Assembly (NCBI GenBank): GCA_963848135.1
Contig: CAWKCK010000005.1
Coordinates: 186,001-250,000 of the forward strand
Direction: 5' to 3'
Length of the DNA: 64,000 nucleotides
From: an uncultured delta proteobacterium
Lineage (GTDB): Bacteria > Desulfobacterota > Desulfobacteria > Desulfobacterales > SG8-13
Made by a program: the position numbers and the translations under genes. Positions 9,460 through 18,956 of this stretch are shown here, piece by piece (position 1 is the stretch's first letter; each line of letters begins with the position of its first letter). Below the pieces are notes generated by a model. The model saw nothing but the letters and a program-made list of their open reading frames with translations. It searched no databases and was not told the DNA's origin.

Positions 9460-10995
9460 TCAGAGGGCTTTTTCGGTCGGCTTTTCGGACGCTGGTGATA
9501 TGCCGGCCATAAGCGGTCCGATACGCGTTATGCCGTCCTCATCGTCACCGTCGATAACATCCATGATTCGACCGCCGAATAGCACCGCAATACGGTCTGA
9601 CAGGGATAGCGCCTCATTTAGATCTCCGGTAACCAGAAGGATGCCGGCCCGTTCCCGTGCTTTAAGCAAAACCTGCCAGATATCCTCGGTGGCACCGATA
9701 TCGAGGCCCTGGGTGGGTTGCTCGGCAACGATCAGGCGGGGTCGACGGAAGAATTCCCTTGCCAGCACCATTTTTTGGAGATTACCACCGGACAGATGCC
9801 GTGCCAATGCCAAAGGCTGAGGGGGCTGGACATCGAATTCCGATATCAATTCCCCGGTTTTTCTTTGGGCCTTGCGGTTCAGCAACCAAGGCCCCCGTGA
9901 AAATCCCTGGCGGGTGGTGAGCAGGAAATTCTCCACCAGATTTAAATCGAGGCAGGTGGCCAACCCCCGGCGGTCCTCGGGAATGTAAATCAGGTTGCCG
10001 TCCCAGCTGTGACGCGCGTAAAACTGTTCCCAGGGTTTTCCGAGAATATTAACCGTGCCGATTGCCGGCCGCAGTAACCCGCATATGATCTCCACCAGAG
10101 ATTTTTGACCATTGCCCGCCACACCCACAACACCAAGGATCTCTCCCTGACGCACCTGCAGGTCGATGTTTTCGAGACCATTGCCACTCAAGCCATTGAT
10201 TCGCAATACCATCTGGCGAGCCTCAACCGGCGTCTTTTTCACCTGAAGCACAACTTCCCGGCCGACCATTCTCATCGCCAGTTCCGCCTTTGAATTGACG
10301 TCCCCGGCTGCCATTTCCGCCACCACCGAGCCCTTGCGAAGGATGGCGATGTCATCGGCCAGGGCCATGACTTCATCGAGTTTGTGACTGATAAAAACGA
10401 GGGCTTTTCCCTGGGCCGCCATCTGCCGCAGGGCATCGAACAATTGCTCGATTTCAGGTGGCGTGAGCACAGCGGTGGGTTCGTCAAAAATCAGGACGCG
10501 GCTCTGGCGGTAGAGCAACTTCAATATCTCCACCCGCTGCCGCTCCCCCATGGACAGTTTGGAAACGCGGGCCGATGGATCAATCTCCAGACGGTATCGC
10601 CGCGAAAGATCCGCGACCTGCTGCAGCATCTTTTTGGGAGACAACCAGATGCCTTCTGATTGCCCCAGGAACACGTTTTCGGCAACGGTCATCGCCTCGA
10701 TCAGCATAAAGTGCTGATACACCATACCAATCCCGATACTATGGGCTGTCTGGGTGGTGTGGTTCGACGTCTCGGTTCCGTCGATCAGGATGCGGCCGCT
10801 GTCAGGCTTAAGCCGTCCGGACAAAATGCTCATCAATGTGCTCTTACCGGCACCGTTCTCCCCCAGCAATGCCTTGATCCGCCCATTATGGATATCGAGG
10901 GTGATATCCCGGTTGGCCTTGACCGGCCCGAAGGCCTTGCTGATGTGTTCCAATCTGATGAACGGCGGAGAAGGGGGATTCATGTCGATGATCAC
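9460..10995 (-). CDS. Nucleoside/purine ABC transporter ATP-binding protein (CUT2, duplicated ATPase)
   Basis: [11 protein letters not shown]alker A, DEPTAVL and a second LSGGNLQK module. Confidence 0.93.
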   Translation of the reverse strand: MIIDMNPPSPPFIRLEHISKAFGPVKANRDITLDIHNGRIKALLGENGAGKSTLMSILSGRLKPDSGRILIDGTETSNHTTQTAHSIGIGMVYQHFMLIEAMTVAENVFLGQSEGIWLSPKKMLQQVADLSRRYRLEIDPSARVSKLSMGERQRVEILKLLYRQSRVLIFDEPTAVLTPPEIEQLFDALRQMAAQGKALVFISHKLDEVMALADDIAILRKGSVVAEMAAGDVNSKAELAMRMVGREVVLQVKKTPVEARQMVLRINGLSGNGLENIDLQVRQGEILGVVGVAGNGQKSLVEIICGLLRPAIGTVNILGKPWEQFYARHSWDGNLIYIPEDRRGLATCLDLNLVENFLLTTRQGFSRGPWLLNRKAQRKTGELISEFDVQPPQPLALARHLSGGNLQKMVLAREFFRRPRLIVAEQPTQGLDIGATEDIWQVLLKARERAGILLVTGDLNEALSLSDRIAVLFGGRIMDVIDGDDEDGITRIGPLMAGISPASEKPTEKAL

Positions 10996-11477
10996 TCTCT
11001 GTTGACGAGAGGTTGAATGAACTGGGGTTCGGCGTCCCAGGGAAACAGGATCCAGGTGTCCTGGCTGACTTCGGTGATGAACGTGTCCACCAAAGGCCGT
11101 CCCTGGGGCTTGGCGTATACAGTGGCAAAGTGGGCTTTGGGCAGCATATCCCGAACGGTCTGGGCCGTTTTGCCGGTATCGACCAGATCGTCGATCAGCA
11201 ACCAGCCGTCACCATCCATGTCGAGTGGCTTGAGCACCTCCACTTCACCTTTGTGGTTCTGCCATTCGTAACTGCTGACGCACACCGTATCGACCAGGCG
11301 GATATCGAGTTCGCGGGCCACAATTGCCGCCGGCACCAATCCCCCCCGGGTTATGGCGATGATCCCTTTAAAATAATTATGCCCCAGTAACCGCCAGGCC
11401 AAGGCCCTGGAATCCCTGTGAAGCTGTCCCCAGGATACGGGAAACGTCCTTTTATAATCCACTTTCGCATCTTTCAT
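10992..11477 (-). CDS. gpt: Xanthine(-guanine) phosphoribosyltransferase
   Basis: [23 protein letters not shown] motif and [10 protein letters not shown]. Confidence 0.95.
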   Translation of the reverse strand: MKDAKVDYKRTFPVSWGQLHRDSRALAWRLLGHNYFKGIIAITRGGLVPAAIVARELDIRLVDTVCVSSYEWQNHKGEVEVLKPLDMDGDGWLLIDDLVDTGKTAQTVRDMLPKAHFATVYAKPQGRPLVDTFITEVSQDTWILFPWDAEPQFIQPLVNRE

Positions 11478-11680
11478 GTGTCAAACTCCGCTAATAGGAT
11501 ACGGGGCGCCGCAATGGTCTTTGCGTCGGTTAGAATTCAGCGCTGAATCTTCGCATGAATCCCTGAGTCCCGTGGTGGCAATGTCTCGTCGAAAGACCGG
11601 AACGTTTGGCCTAAACACCGTTCGCACCGTCCAATCGGTTGCAATCCATAGAGCCCACCTGTATCACAAGATTTCGGGCG

Positions 11681-12601
11681 TTAGTCGGCCGGCTCGATAT
11701 TGATCCCCAATGCAGCAGGCGCTTCATCGCCCCGCCCTTTCCAGGAGGAAAAGACCAACACGCCGATCGTCAGGGCATAGGGCAGCATCAGCAACAGCGA
11801 TGAAGGCAGGTGTGTTCCGCTGGCCTGCAGCCGAAACTGAAAGGCCATCACACCACCGAAAAGATAGGCCCCCAGCAACGCCCGCCAGGGTTGCCAGAAA
11901 GAAAATATCACCAGCGCAACGGCAATCCAGCCGCGGCCAGCCGTTAGGCCGTTGGTCCACAAGTGCGTATACGCCAGTGACAGATAGGCCCCGCCAAATC
12001 CCATCAACCACCCCCCGGCCAAAACCCCGAACCAGCGGTAATACCTGACGCGCAGACCGGCTGCCAGCGCCGCGTCGGGGTATTCACCTACCGATCGTAA
12101 CCCGAGGCCCCAGCGAGTATAACGTAAAAACACCCACAGTAATGGCGGGACCAAGTAAGCCGCGTACACCAGGAGGTCGTGGTTAAACAAAATCGGCCCG
12201 ACAAAAGGAATCTCGGAAAGCAGGGGCAACGCAAACGGTTTGAATCCCGGTGCCGCCTGCCCGATATAGGGTGTGCCCAGATAATTGGCCAGACCGGCGC
12301 CCAGGATCGTCAGCGCCAGACCCGATACCACCTGATTGCCTTGAAATCCAAGGCACACCAGACCATGGATGCCGGCGAAAAGGGCACCGAAAAGCCCTCC
12401 GGCCAGAAAACCACACACCGGGCTGCCCGTGAACATGGCGGTTAAAAAGGCCGCCAGAGCGCCGACGAGCATGATCCCCTCGACGCCCAGATTCAAGATG
12501 CCCGACCGCTCGGTGAGGATTTCCCCTAACGTGGCGTACAAAATCGGTGTGCCAGATTGAATGGCTGCCGCAAGCAGGGGTACGAGAAAATCCGCGTTCA
12601 T
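11681..12601 (-). CDS. Nucleoside ABC transporter permease
   Basis: ERSGILNLGVEG and GRGWIAVALVIF. Start MNADF overlaps the upstream stop (ATGA). Confidence 0.92.
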   Translation of the reverse strand: MNADFLVPLLAAAIQSGTPILYATLGEILTERSGILNLGVEGIMLVGALAAFLTAMFTGSPVCGFLAGGLFGALFAGIHGLVCLGFQGNQVVSGLALTILGAGLANYLGTPYIGQAAPGFKPFALPLLSEIPFVGPILFNHDLLVYAAYLVPPLLWVFLRYTRWGLGLRSVGEYPDAALAAGLRVRYYRWFGVLAGGWLMGFGGAYLSLAYTHLWTNGLTAGRGWIAVALVIFSFWQPWRALLGAYLFGGVMAFQFRLQASGTHLPSSLLLMLPYALTIGVLVFSSWKGRGDEAPAALGINIEPAD

Positions 12602-13662
12602 AGTCCCCTCCTGACTTCGACGCGGTAACGAACGATGAACCCGCTGGCCAGAACAGTCAGAAGGATAAGACCTTCCATGATTTCCCCGAAAGCGGCCGGG
12701 ACCTGTAAATCGAGCTGCAGGGATTCCAGGCCGACCCGCAGTCCCGCCAGGAGAAACGACGCCACAGCGATAGATAGCGGGTTCAGGCGGGCCAGCCACG
12801 CCACCACAATGGCCGTGTAACCATAGCCAACCATGATGCTCGGCTGCAGGCGGTTCAAATTGGCGGATGCCTCCAGAAAACCGGCCCAGCCTGCCAGCAT
12901 CCCGCTCAAGACCATCACCAGGATCACCAGCCGTTGATAAGGCAACCGAGCATATCGCGCCGCTCGAGGATTTTCGCCGCTGGCTTTGAGTTCGAATCCC
13001 AGTCGAGTGAAGCGGAAGAAAATCCACACCCCCAATCCGGCAGCCAAGCAGACTAAGATTCCCCAATTTAAACGGGTCGTTCCGATCAAACCCACCACCG
13101 CTCCTTCGGTAAACTCCCTGGTCATGGGAAAACCAAAGCTGGTCGGATCTTTCCAAGGGCCGTAAACCAGGTAGTCCAGGAAAAGGATGGCGATGTAATT
13201 TAGCATCAGAGAGACGATAATCTCGTTGGACCGCATCCGGACTTTCAGGATTGCCGGTACAAAGCCCCATAAGCCACCGGCAAATGAGGCCCCAATCAAC
13301 ATGGCCGGCAAAAGAACATACCAGGGCATGTCCGGAAATCTCAGCGCCACCCATGTGGCCCCGACCGCACCCAGTGCAAATTGTCCTTCGGCACCGATAT
13401 TCCAAACCTGCAAACGGAAGGCGATGGCCACACCCAGCGAACACAGGAAAATCGGCACGGATTTGATCAGGCAATCCTCAAGGGCCCAGGCGGAGAAGAA
13501 GGCACTTTTGACCAGCAGGTTCATGGCATTCAAGGCCGGTCGGCCTTGAACCGCCAACAGCAGACCGCAGATGCCCATCGAAAAAGCAACCGCCGCCAGA
13601 AAAACAAGAAAGGAGCCCCAACCGAGAGGCTCCCGCCTTTTATGCACGCGCAACCCAACCAT
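12598..13662 (-). CDS. Nucleoside ABC transporter permease
   Basis: WNIGAEGQ, NEIIVSLMLNY and GYGYTAIVVAWL motifs. Confidence 0.92.
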   Translation of the reverse strand: MVGLRVHKRREPLGWGSFLVFLAAVAFSMGICGLLLAVQGRPALNAMNLLVKSAFFSAWALEDCLIKSVPIFLCSLGVAIAFRLQVWNIGAEGQFALGAVGATWVALRFPDMPWYVLLPAMLIGASFAGGLWGFVPAILKVRMRSNEIIVSLMLNYIAILFLDYLVYGPWKDPTSFGFPMTREFTEGAVVGLIGTTRLNWGILVCLAAGLGVWIFFRFTRLGFELKASGENPRAARYARLPYQRLVILVMVLSGMLAGWAGFLEASANLNRLQPSIMVGYGYTAIVVAWLARLNPLSIAVASFLLAGLRVGLESLQLDLQVPAAFGEIMEGLILLTVLASGFIVRYRVEVRRGL

Positions 13663-13779
13663 CGCAAAGCCCTTGCAGCGCCAGGAGTTGTTATCGCCTG
13701 ATCCATTCTTTCTGGCTCGAGATCGCAACCATTCCGATCAATGAACCCGGAAGGACATTCGCCCTGTCAGAGCAGGCGC

Positions 13780-14838
13780 TTATTCCAGGGTACCGACAAC
13801 ACCCTGAACGAAATACTTCATGTTCAGGAGTTCTTCGTCCGTTGCGACCTTGCCCTCCGGAACCTGAACATTGCCCCCTTGATCTTTGACTGGCCCGGCG
13901 AAAAGCGGTGCCGAGCCATCGATGATGGCCGCTTTTTTGGCATTCACCCTGGCGCGGACATCCTCGGGCACCATGGCGCCGAAAGGCGCGAGATCCACCA
14001 TGCCCTCTTTCATCCCCCACCAGACCGAAGCGCTTTTCCAGGTGCCGTCTCGGACCTGTTCGACGGTCTGGGTATAAAAGGGTGCCCAGTTCCAGACCGG
14101 GGCGGTGAGTTGGGCCTTGGGGGCAAACTTCGACATGTCGGTATTGTAGCCGATGGAATACACCCCCTTGTCCTGAGCAGCCTCCTGGGGACCGGGAGAG
14201 TCCTGGTGCTGGGCGATCACATCGGCACCGACATCCAACAGGCTTTTGGCGGCCTCCTTTTCAGTGGCCGGGTCATACCATGTTTTGGTCCAGACGACGC
14301 GTACCTGGACCTTGGGGTTGACCTCCTGAGCGCCCAGGGTGAAGGCATTGATTCCGCGGATTACCTCGGGAATGGGGAATGCCGCCACGTACCCAAGGAT
14401 GTTCGATTGGGTCATGGCACCGGCCACCATTCCGGAAAGGTAGCGCGCCTGGTACATTCGGCCGAAGTAATTGCCCATATTGGGGGCCAATTTGAAACCG
14501 GAGCAATGTTCGAATACCACATCCGGGAACTGTTTGGCCACTTTCAACATGGAATCCATGTAGCCGAAACTGGTGGCAAAGATGACCTTGTAGCCTTTGC
14601 GGGCCATGTTGAGAATGACCCGTTCCGAGTCCGGTCCTTCGGACACCGCTTCGACATAGGATGTGGAAACACCCGCCATGTCTTCGACCGCCAGGCGCCC
14701 CTGGTCATGGGCAAAAGACCAGCCGGCATCCCCGATGGGGGAGACATAGATAAAGCCCACCTTCATGTCTTCCCCGGCGGCAAAACCCAGAGAACTGCAA
14801 AAAACCAGTGACAATAATACGATGGTTAATTTGCGCAC
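13780..14838 (-). CDS. BMP family ABC substrate-binding protein (purine nucleoside)
   Basis: Signal peptide; GFIYVSPIGDAGW, ATSFGY, PIPEVIRGINAF and WYDP. GGGAGG RBS. Confidence 0.93.
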   Translation of the reverse strand: MRKLTIVLLSLVFCSSLGFAAGEDMKVGFIYVSPIGDAGWSFAHDQGRLAVEDMAGVSTSYVEAVSEGPDSERVILNMARKGYKVIFATSFGYMDSMLKVAKQFPDVVFEHCSGFKLAPNMGNYFGRMYQARYLSGMVAGAMTQSNILGYVAAFPIPEVIRGINAFTLGAQEVNPKVQVRVVWTKTWYDPATEKEAAKSLLDVGADVIAQHQDSPGPQEAAQDKGVYSIGYNTDMSKFAPKAQLTAPVWNWAPFYTQTVEQVRDGTWKSASVWWGMKEGMVDLAPFGAMVPEDVRARVNAKKAAIIDGSAPLFAGPVKDQGGNVQVPEGKVATDEELLNMKYFVQGVVGTLE

Positions 14839-14935
14839 GCTCGATCCTCCCTTTCGTTAATTGATTGCCCTATTTCGTGTTTTATACCGCATTTTAAAAA
14901 TACATTCCGAAATGAGGATTTTGGGCTGACGTTCT

Positions 14936-15460
14936 TTAAGCGGCAGCTCGCACAGAAATGTTATCTTTCGGAACCCGCCACAGGGCCGCAATTGTTCCCG
15001 TGGCGAATTTGGCTACTATTTCACCGAAGATGATGGCCACCAGCATCCCCGGATTGAAAACACCGGCAAAGGCAATCACATTGAACAGCAGACTGTCCAG
15101 AGGAATGCTGATCAGGTTGGAGCCGATCACCCGCTGAATCCAAGATCGGCGCAGGAGCTTCTGGTAAATCTCCGTATCCGCAGTCTCACTAAGAACGATG
15201 GCAATGAATGATGCGGCAATAATCCGCCACTCGACGCCGAGGAAGAGAGACTCCAAAACCATCCCGACCGCCGCGAAGAAGATCATAAGGTAGACCGGTT
15301 TGCGGCCGTAGCGGTGGACACGGTCGCGTTGCGTAAAGGTGACGCCGAAAACCAGCGTCCCCACGGATACCATGCCAAAGACCGGCAAGGGTATGAACCA
15401 GGTTGCCGTATAGTTGGCGATTAACACGGCGAGTATGTATATTGCCATCGACAGGACCAT
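14936..15460 (-). CDS. VUT family (YhhQ-like, queuosine precursor) transporter
   Basis: VLIAN, GVTFTQRD, ASFIAIVLSETAD, SNLISIPLDSLLF and AFAG pattern. Confidence 0.8.
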   Translation of the reverse strand: MVLSMAIYILAVLIANYTATWFIPLPVFGMVSVGTLVFGVTFTQRDRVHRYGRKPVYLMIFFAAVGMVLESLFLGVEWRIIAASFIAIVLSETADTEIYQKLLRRSWIQRVIGSNLISIPLDSLLFNVIAFAGVFNPGMLVAIIFGEIVAKFATGTIAALWRVPKDNISVRAAA

Positions 15461-15566
15461 CAGGGTGCTCCGGCAGGGGATCCAAATTCAAAAAAAGATA
15501 CGTTTTACTCTGGCGTCATAACGGATCGCACTGAAAAAAGCAATTTCTCTATTGTAATTCCAGCGT

Positions 15567-16349
15567 TTACTTCTCTTTCCAGTCCGGCTTTCGTCTTTCA
15601 AGAAAGGCTGTGACCCCCTCTTTGGCATCTTCAGTGGAACACAGCCGTGCAAACGCCTCGTTCATGTAGTCGAATTGGTGATTATAGTCCATATCGGCAA
15701 CAGCGTAAAAGGCCTGTTTGGCGATCTGCATGGCCACCGGACTCTTTTTGGCAAGGCGAGCCGCCCATCTCCGGGTTTCCCCGTCCAGGTCGTCCGCGGA
15801 AACGACCTTGTTCACCAGTCCCATCCCGAGGGCATCCTTGGCTTTTACCAGTTCACCGAAAAAGAGCATTTCGAGCGCGCGCTTGCGTCCCACCGAACGC
15901 GATACCGGTATGACCGGGCCGACACAGTTCAGGCCGACATTGATCGCCGTCAGACCGATCCGCGCGTTTTCGGCGGCGACAGCCAAGTCGGCAGCAGCGA
16001 CCAAACCGGCACCATTGGCCGCTGCAACGCCATGAACCTGCGCGATGACCGGTTTGCGCATCTGGCTGATTGTCAACAGAGGCTTTTCCATGAGCTCGAC
16101 CCAGGCACGATATTCCATGGTCGTTTTGTCGAAATATTCTTTGATATCGATGCCGGCGCAGAAGGCCTTACCCTCCCCTTTGAGGACAATAACACGCACG
16201 CGTGTTTCCCGGTCCAGCTTGGCAAACACATCAATCAGTTCGTGGACCAAGGGAGTGTTGAAGGTGTTAAGTTGCTCCGGTCGATTGAGTGTGACCGCGG
16301 CAACAAAATCATCGCCGATGTCGACCAATAGATTGTCATAGTTCATCAT
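15567..16349 (-). CDS. Enoyl-CoA hydratase/isomerase family protein
   Basis: LNRPEQLN, FCAGIDI, KPVIAQVHG and EGVTAFLERRKP. Confidence 0.92.
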   Translation of the reverse strand: MMNYDNLLVDIGDDFVAAVTLNRPEQLNTFNTPLVHELIDVFAKLDRETRVRVIVLKGEGKAFCAGIDIKEYFDKTTMEYRAWVELMEKPLLTISQMRKPVIAQVHGVAAANGAGLVAAADLAVAAENARIGLTAINVGLNCVGPVIPVSRSVGRKRALEMLFFGELVKAKDALGMGLVNKVVSADDLDGETRRWAARLAKKSPVAMQIAKQAFYAVADMDYNHQFDYMNEAFARLCSTEDAKEGVTAFLERRKPDWKEK

Positions 16350-16385
16350 CCTCTCCTTTTACCTATGCATTACAGTTAGTTGTAC

Positions 16386-16488
16386 CTAAAGTGAGCGTTT
16401 CAAATTTTAAATGAAGGGGGAACTGCTTTATTTTTAAGGAATTCTATCATCGTTTGATTTTAAATTTGAAACCCATCGGGATTGCCGA
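16386..16488. mobile_element. MITE-like repeat, family A (one intact TIR)
   Basis: Starts CTAAAGTGAGCGTTTCAAATTTTAAAT; colinear with the reverse complement of 35026-35129 and 18610-18708. Confidence 0.8.
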
Positions 16489-16737
16489 CGGCATTGTTCC
16501 GTACCTACCCGAAGACGCTTCAAAGGTAAACCCCATTTCGCTGATTCCGATTGAGAGCGTCACCCGGCGGCTGCAACTATGGTCTCTGCCATTTCCCGGA
16601 GTTTGGTTGTCTTTGCCACGGGCACCGTCAAAGTTATGATCGGCGAATGATCGCCCCCTGGGGTGGTGCACCGGAATGCCGCTTGATGAACGCACCGGGT
16701 GCAGACCACGCAGAGTATGCACAGCGCACAGTCGCGG

Positions 16738-16881
16738 ACTGGGTTATTTTACCCCAGTCAACTGGGTTAAACCACCCTATCGCCCGCGAACTGCCAGGCC
16801 ACCACCGGATCCAATATTAGAGACAAATATCTATAATTAATAAGTTTATTTAACAGGTGATGAATTTGGCACGCTCTGTGA
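16738..16881 (+). promoter_or_regulatory. Possible sigma-54 promoter with tandem ACTGGG operator sites
   Basis: TGGCAC at 16867 with a non-canonical -12 (GA); palindrome ACTGGG-N9-CCCAGT at 16738-16758 and a second ACTGGGTTA at 16761; AT-rich spacer. Confidence 0.4.
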
Positions 16882-16935
16882 TTAGGCAGAGTAAGCATTC
16901 AATCTGAACAATCCAAAGATACCCAGAAGGACGGC

Positions 16936-17340
16936 GTGAAGATGGGAAAAATTGATTATTATCGAAATCTGGCCGGTTTCAATATTCTCGTGGTAGAAAA
17001 CGATACTTTTATTTGCGACGCCCTGGTAAACGTTTTCAGAAGTTTAGACTGTTCTGTGGTTGTAACGGATTCAGTGCTGCATGGTATCAAATGCCTGAAC
17101 GGTGACAACTACGACATCATCATCAGCGATATGGCGCTACCCACTGCGGTCGGCCTGGAATTTTTCAATTATTTTTTGTCTCTGTGTCCTCAGGCACTAA
17201 AAATCCTCATCACCGGCAAGGGCGAAATCGATCCTCTAAAGACCACCCCGGGTCCCAGGGTGGATGAAATCGTCGAGAAACCGTTCCCCGTTAATAAACT
17301 GCTCGATCGGATCGTAACCAACTTTAACGAATACCTCTGA
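16936..17340 (+). CDS. Single-domain response regulator (receiver)
   Basis: ILVVEND, DIIISD (phosphoacceptor Asp), ILITG and EKPF. Confidence 0.88.
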   Translation: MKMGKIDYYRNLAGFNILVVENDTFICDALVNVFRSLDCSVVVTDSVLHGIKCLNGDNYDIIISDMALPTAVGLEFFNYFLSLCPQALKILITGKGEIDPLKTTPGPRVDEIVEKPFPVNKLLDRIVTNFNEYL

Positions 17341-17503
17341 CAACAGCGTTTAACGATACCCTCTCGCGTAACCGGCAAACCCTGCCTTGAAACATCCCTC
17401 ATTCGTGCACAACTTTCTTCGTAAACCTTTTGCGAGATTCAAACGTCATAGTGAACAGACTCCGACCCATACTCGTCGGGTCAAATCGAGCAGGGAGGTT
17501 AGA

Positions 17504-18016
17504 ATGAAAAAACTCGCCGGTACAGCTCTATCTATATTCATTGCGCTCACGCTTATACTGGTTGCACCACCATCCAGTTCTGCCGGAGGACGCTCTCATG
17601 GCTACGCTGGTGGTAAAACCGGCGGAGGGCATGGCTACAGGGGCGGTTACGGCTACCGTGGAAATCGCGGAGGGCATAATGGCTACAGGGGCGGTTACGG
17701 CTACCGTGGAAATCACGGCTACAAACGAGTGCATGGCCGCTGGGGCTATTACCGTCGGCCATGGGGCCCCCGATGGGGGGTTAATTTTAGCTGGGGCGGC
17801 CCCCTATGGTGGGGTCCGGGGTTTGCGCCGTACGGTTTTTTCGCGCCACCGCCTGTCGTCGTTCAGCAGCAGCCTCCCGTGATTGTCCAACCGGAGCCTC
17901 AGCAGACCGATTACTGGTATTACTGCCAGAATCCCCAAGGATATTATCCCTATATCAAAAGTTGCCCCGGCGGATGGATGCGCGTGGTGCCCGAGACGAC
18001 ACCGCCCAATCCTTAA
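17504..18016 (+). CDS. Secreted Gly/Tyr/Arg-rich, Pro-rich protein with C-terminal WYYC...GYYPY...CPGGW motif
   Basis: GGGAGG RBS, signal peptide and an internal near-perfect tandem repeat (about 17621-17714) encoding GYRGGYGYRGN. Confidence 0.8.
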   Translation: MKKLAGTALSIFIALTLILVAPPSSSAGGRSHGYAGGKTGGGHGYRGGYGYRGNRGGHNGYRGGYGYRGNHGYKRVHGRWGYYRRPWGPRWGVNFSWGGPLWWGPGFAPYGFFAPPPVVVQQQPPVIVQPEPQQTDYWYYCQNPQGYYPYIKSCPGGWMRVVPETTPPNP

Positions 18017-18031
18017 AGGAGATTTGTAAAA

Positions 18032-18580
18032 ATGATCCGGAGCCGAACATACATATTGGGCTTGATCGTCCTGACATTGAACGCCTGCGCCACGATACCG
18101 AACGGTCCGAGTGTCATGGTTTTGCCCCATCCGGGAAAGTCCTTTGCGGTCTTCCAATCCGAGGACCTGTCTTGCCGGAATTGGGCAGCGCTACAGACGG
18201 GTCTCACACCGGGTGATGCCGTCAATCGTAATCTGGTTAGCGGAGCGGCGATCGGAACACTGATGGGCGCCGGTCTGGGAGCCGCAATCGGCGCTGTCTC
18301 CGGCAACCCTGGCGCCGGAGCCGCCATCGGCGCCGGTTCCGGTCTCATCGGGGGTACGGCTGCAGCAAGCGGCCCGGCTTATGCCAGCGGTTGGGAATTC
18401 CAGCGACGTTACGACATCGCCTATCAGCAGTGTATGTATGCGAAGGGAAACCAATTGCCGGGAGCCATGCGCGCTTCACGACGATCATATGTACCGCCGC
18501 CACCGCCACCGGGCTACTCCAGCACCCCGTCTTATCCGCCGCCCGGCACCCCGCCGCCACCACCGCCGTATCCCCAGTAA
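18032..18580 (+). CDS. Glycine-zipper lipoprotein (YMGG-like) with Pro-rich tail
   Basis: Lipobox LNAC; GAAIGxxxGAxxGAAIG zipper; AYQQCMYAKG; AAGGAG RBS. Confidence 0.85.
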   Translation: MIRSRTYILGLIVLTLNACATIPNGPSVMVLPHPGKSFAVFQSEDLSCRNWAALQTGLTPGDAVNRNLVSGAAIGTLMGAGLGAAIGAVSGNPGAGAAIGAGSGLIGGTAAASGPAYASGWEFQRRYDIAYQQCMYAKGNQLPGAMRASRRSYVPPPPPPGYSSTPSYPPPGTPPPPPPYPQ

Positions 18581-18609
18581 CCGCGCCCTGTAAACCAAAA
18601 TAGTAGAAC

Positions 18610-18708
18610 CTAAAGTGAGCGTTTCAAATTTTTAAATCGAACTATGATAGAATTCCTTACATATAAATCAGCTCCGCCTTCATTTAAAATTTGAAACGCT
18701 CACTTTAG
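18610..18708. mobile_element. MITE-like repeat, family A (complete, 99 bp)
   Basis: Terminal inverted repeats CTAAAGTGAGCGTTTCAAATTTT / AAAATTTGAAACGCTCACTTTAG around a non-coding AT-rich core. Confidence 0.85.
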
Positions 18709-18956
18709 TTAGAACACTGTTTCTGTGGTCGCAGCAATGGCGTCCGCCGAGTACCAAGAGCCGGAGACGGCACTTTTTCTCTCCGCATTCAACCTGCCGG
18801 CAATGAGGTCGTGGCGCTTCCGCAGGAGAGAAGGAAGTGTAGCGATCACTTCCCGCTATCTACCTCCCCCCCTATTTGAAAAGAACCCGCCATTCTTGAC
18901 ACCCCGCACGCTTTGAGACATAGTCCGAGAACGTCTTTTCCTCGCAAGGTGCCGTC

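Noticed and set aside
11478..11680. Possible c-di-GMP-I or purine riboswitch before gpt (GACGCAAAG on the minus strand)
   Set aside because: The GGCAAA/GAAA tetraloop stem and purine-riboswitch core are missing; only a short motif matches.
12602..13474. N-terminal extension of the 597-aa permease ORF
   Set aside because: It overlaps the upstream permease out of frame; the real start is MNADF at 12601.
15461..15566. preQ1 riboswitch upstream of the VUT transporter
   Set aside because: No recognisable preQ1 stem-loop followed by an A-rich tail.
17621..17714. Direct repeat as CRISPR
   Set aside because: Two adjacent in-frame copies without spacers, inside a CDS, and no cas genes.
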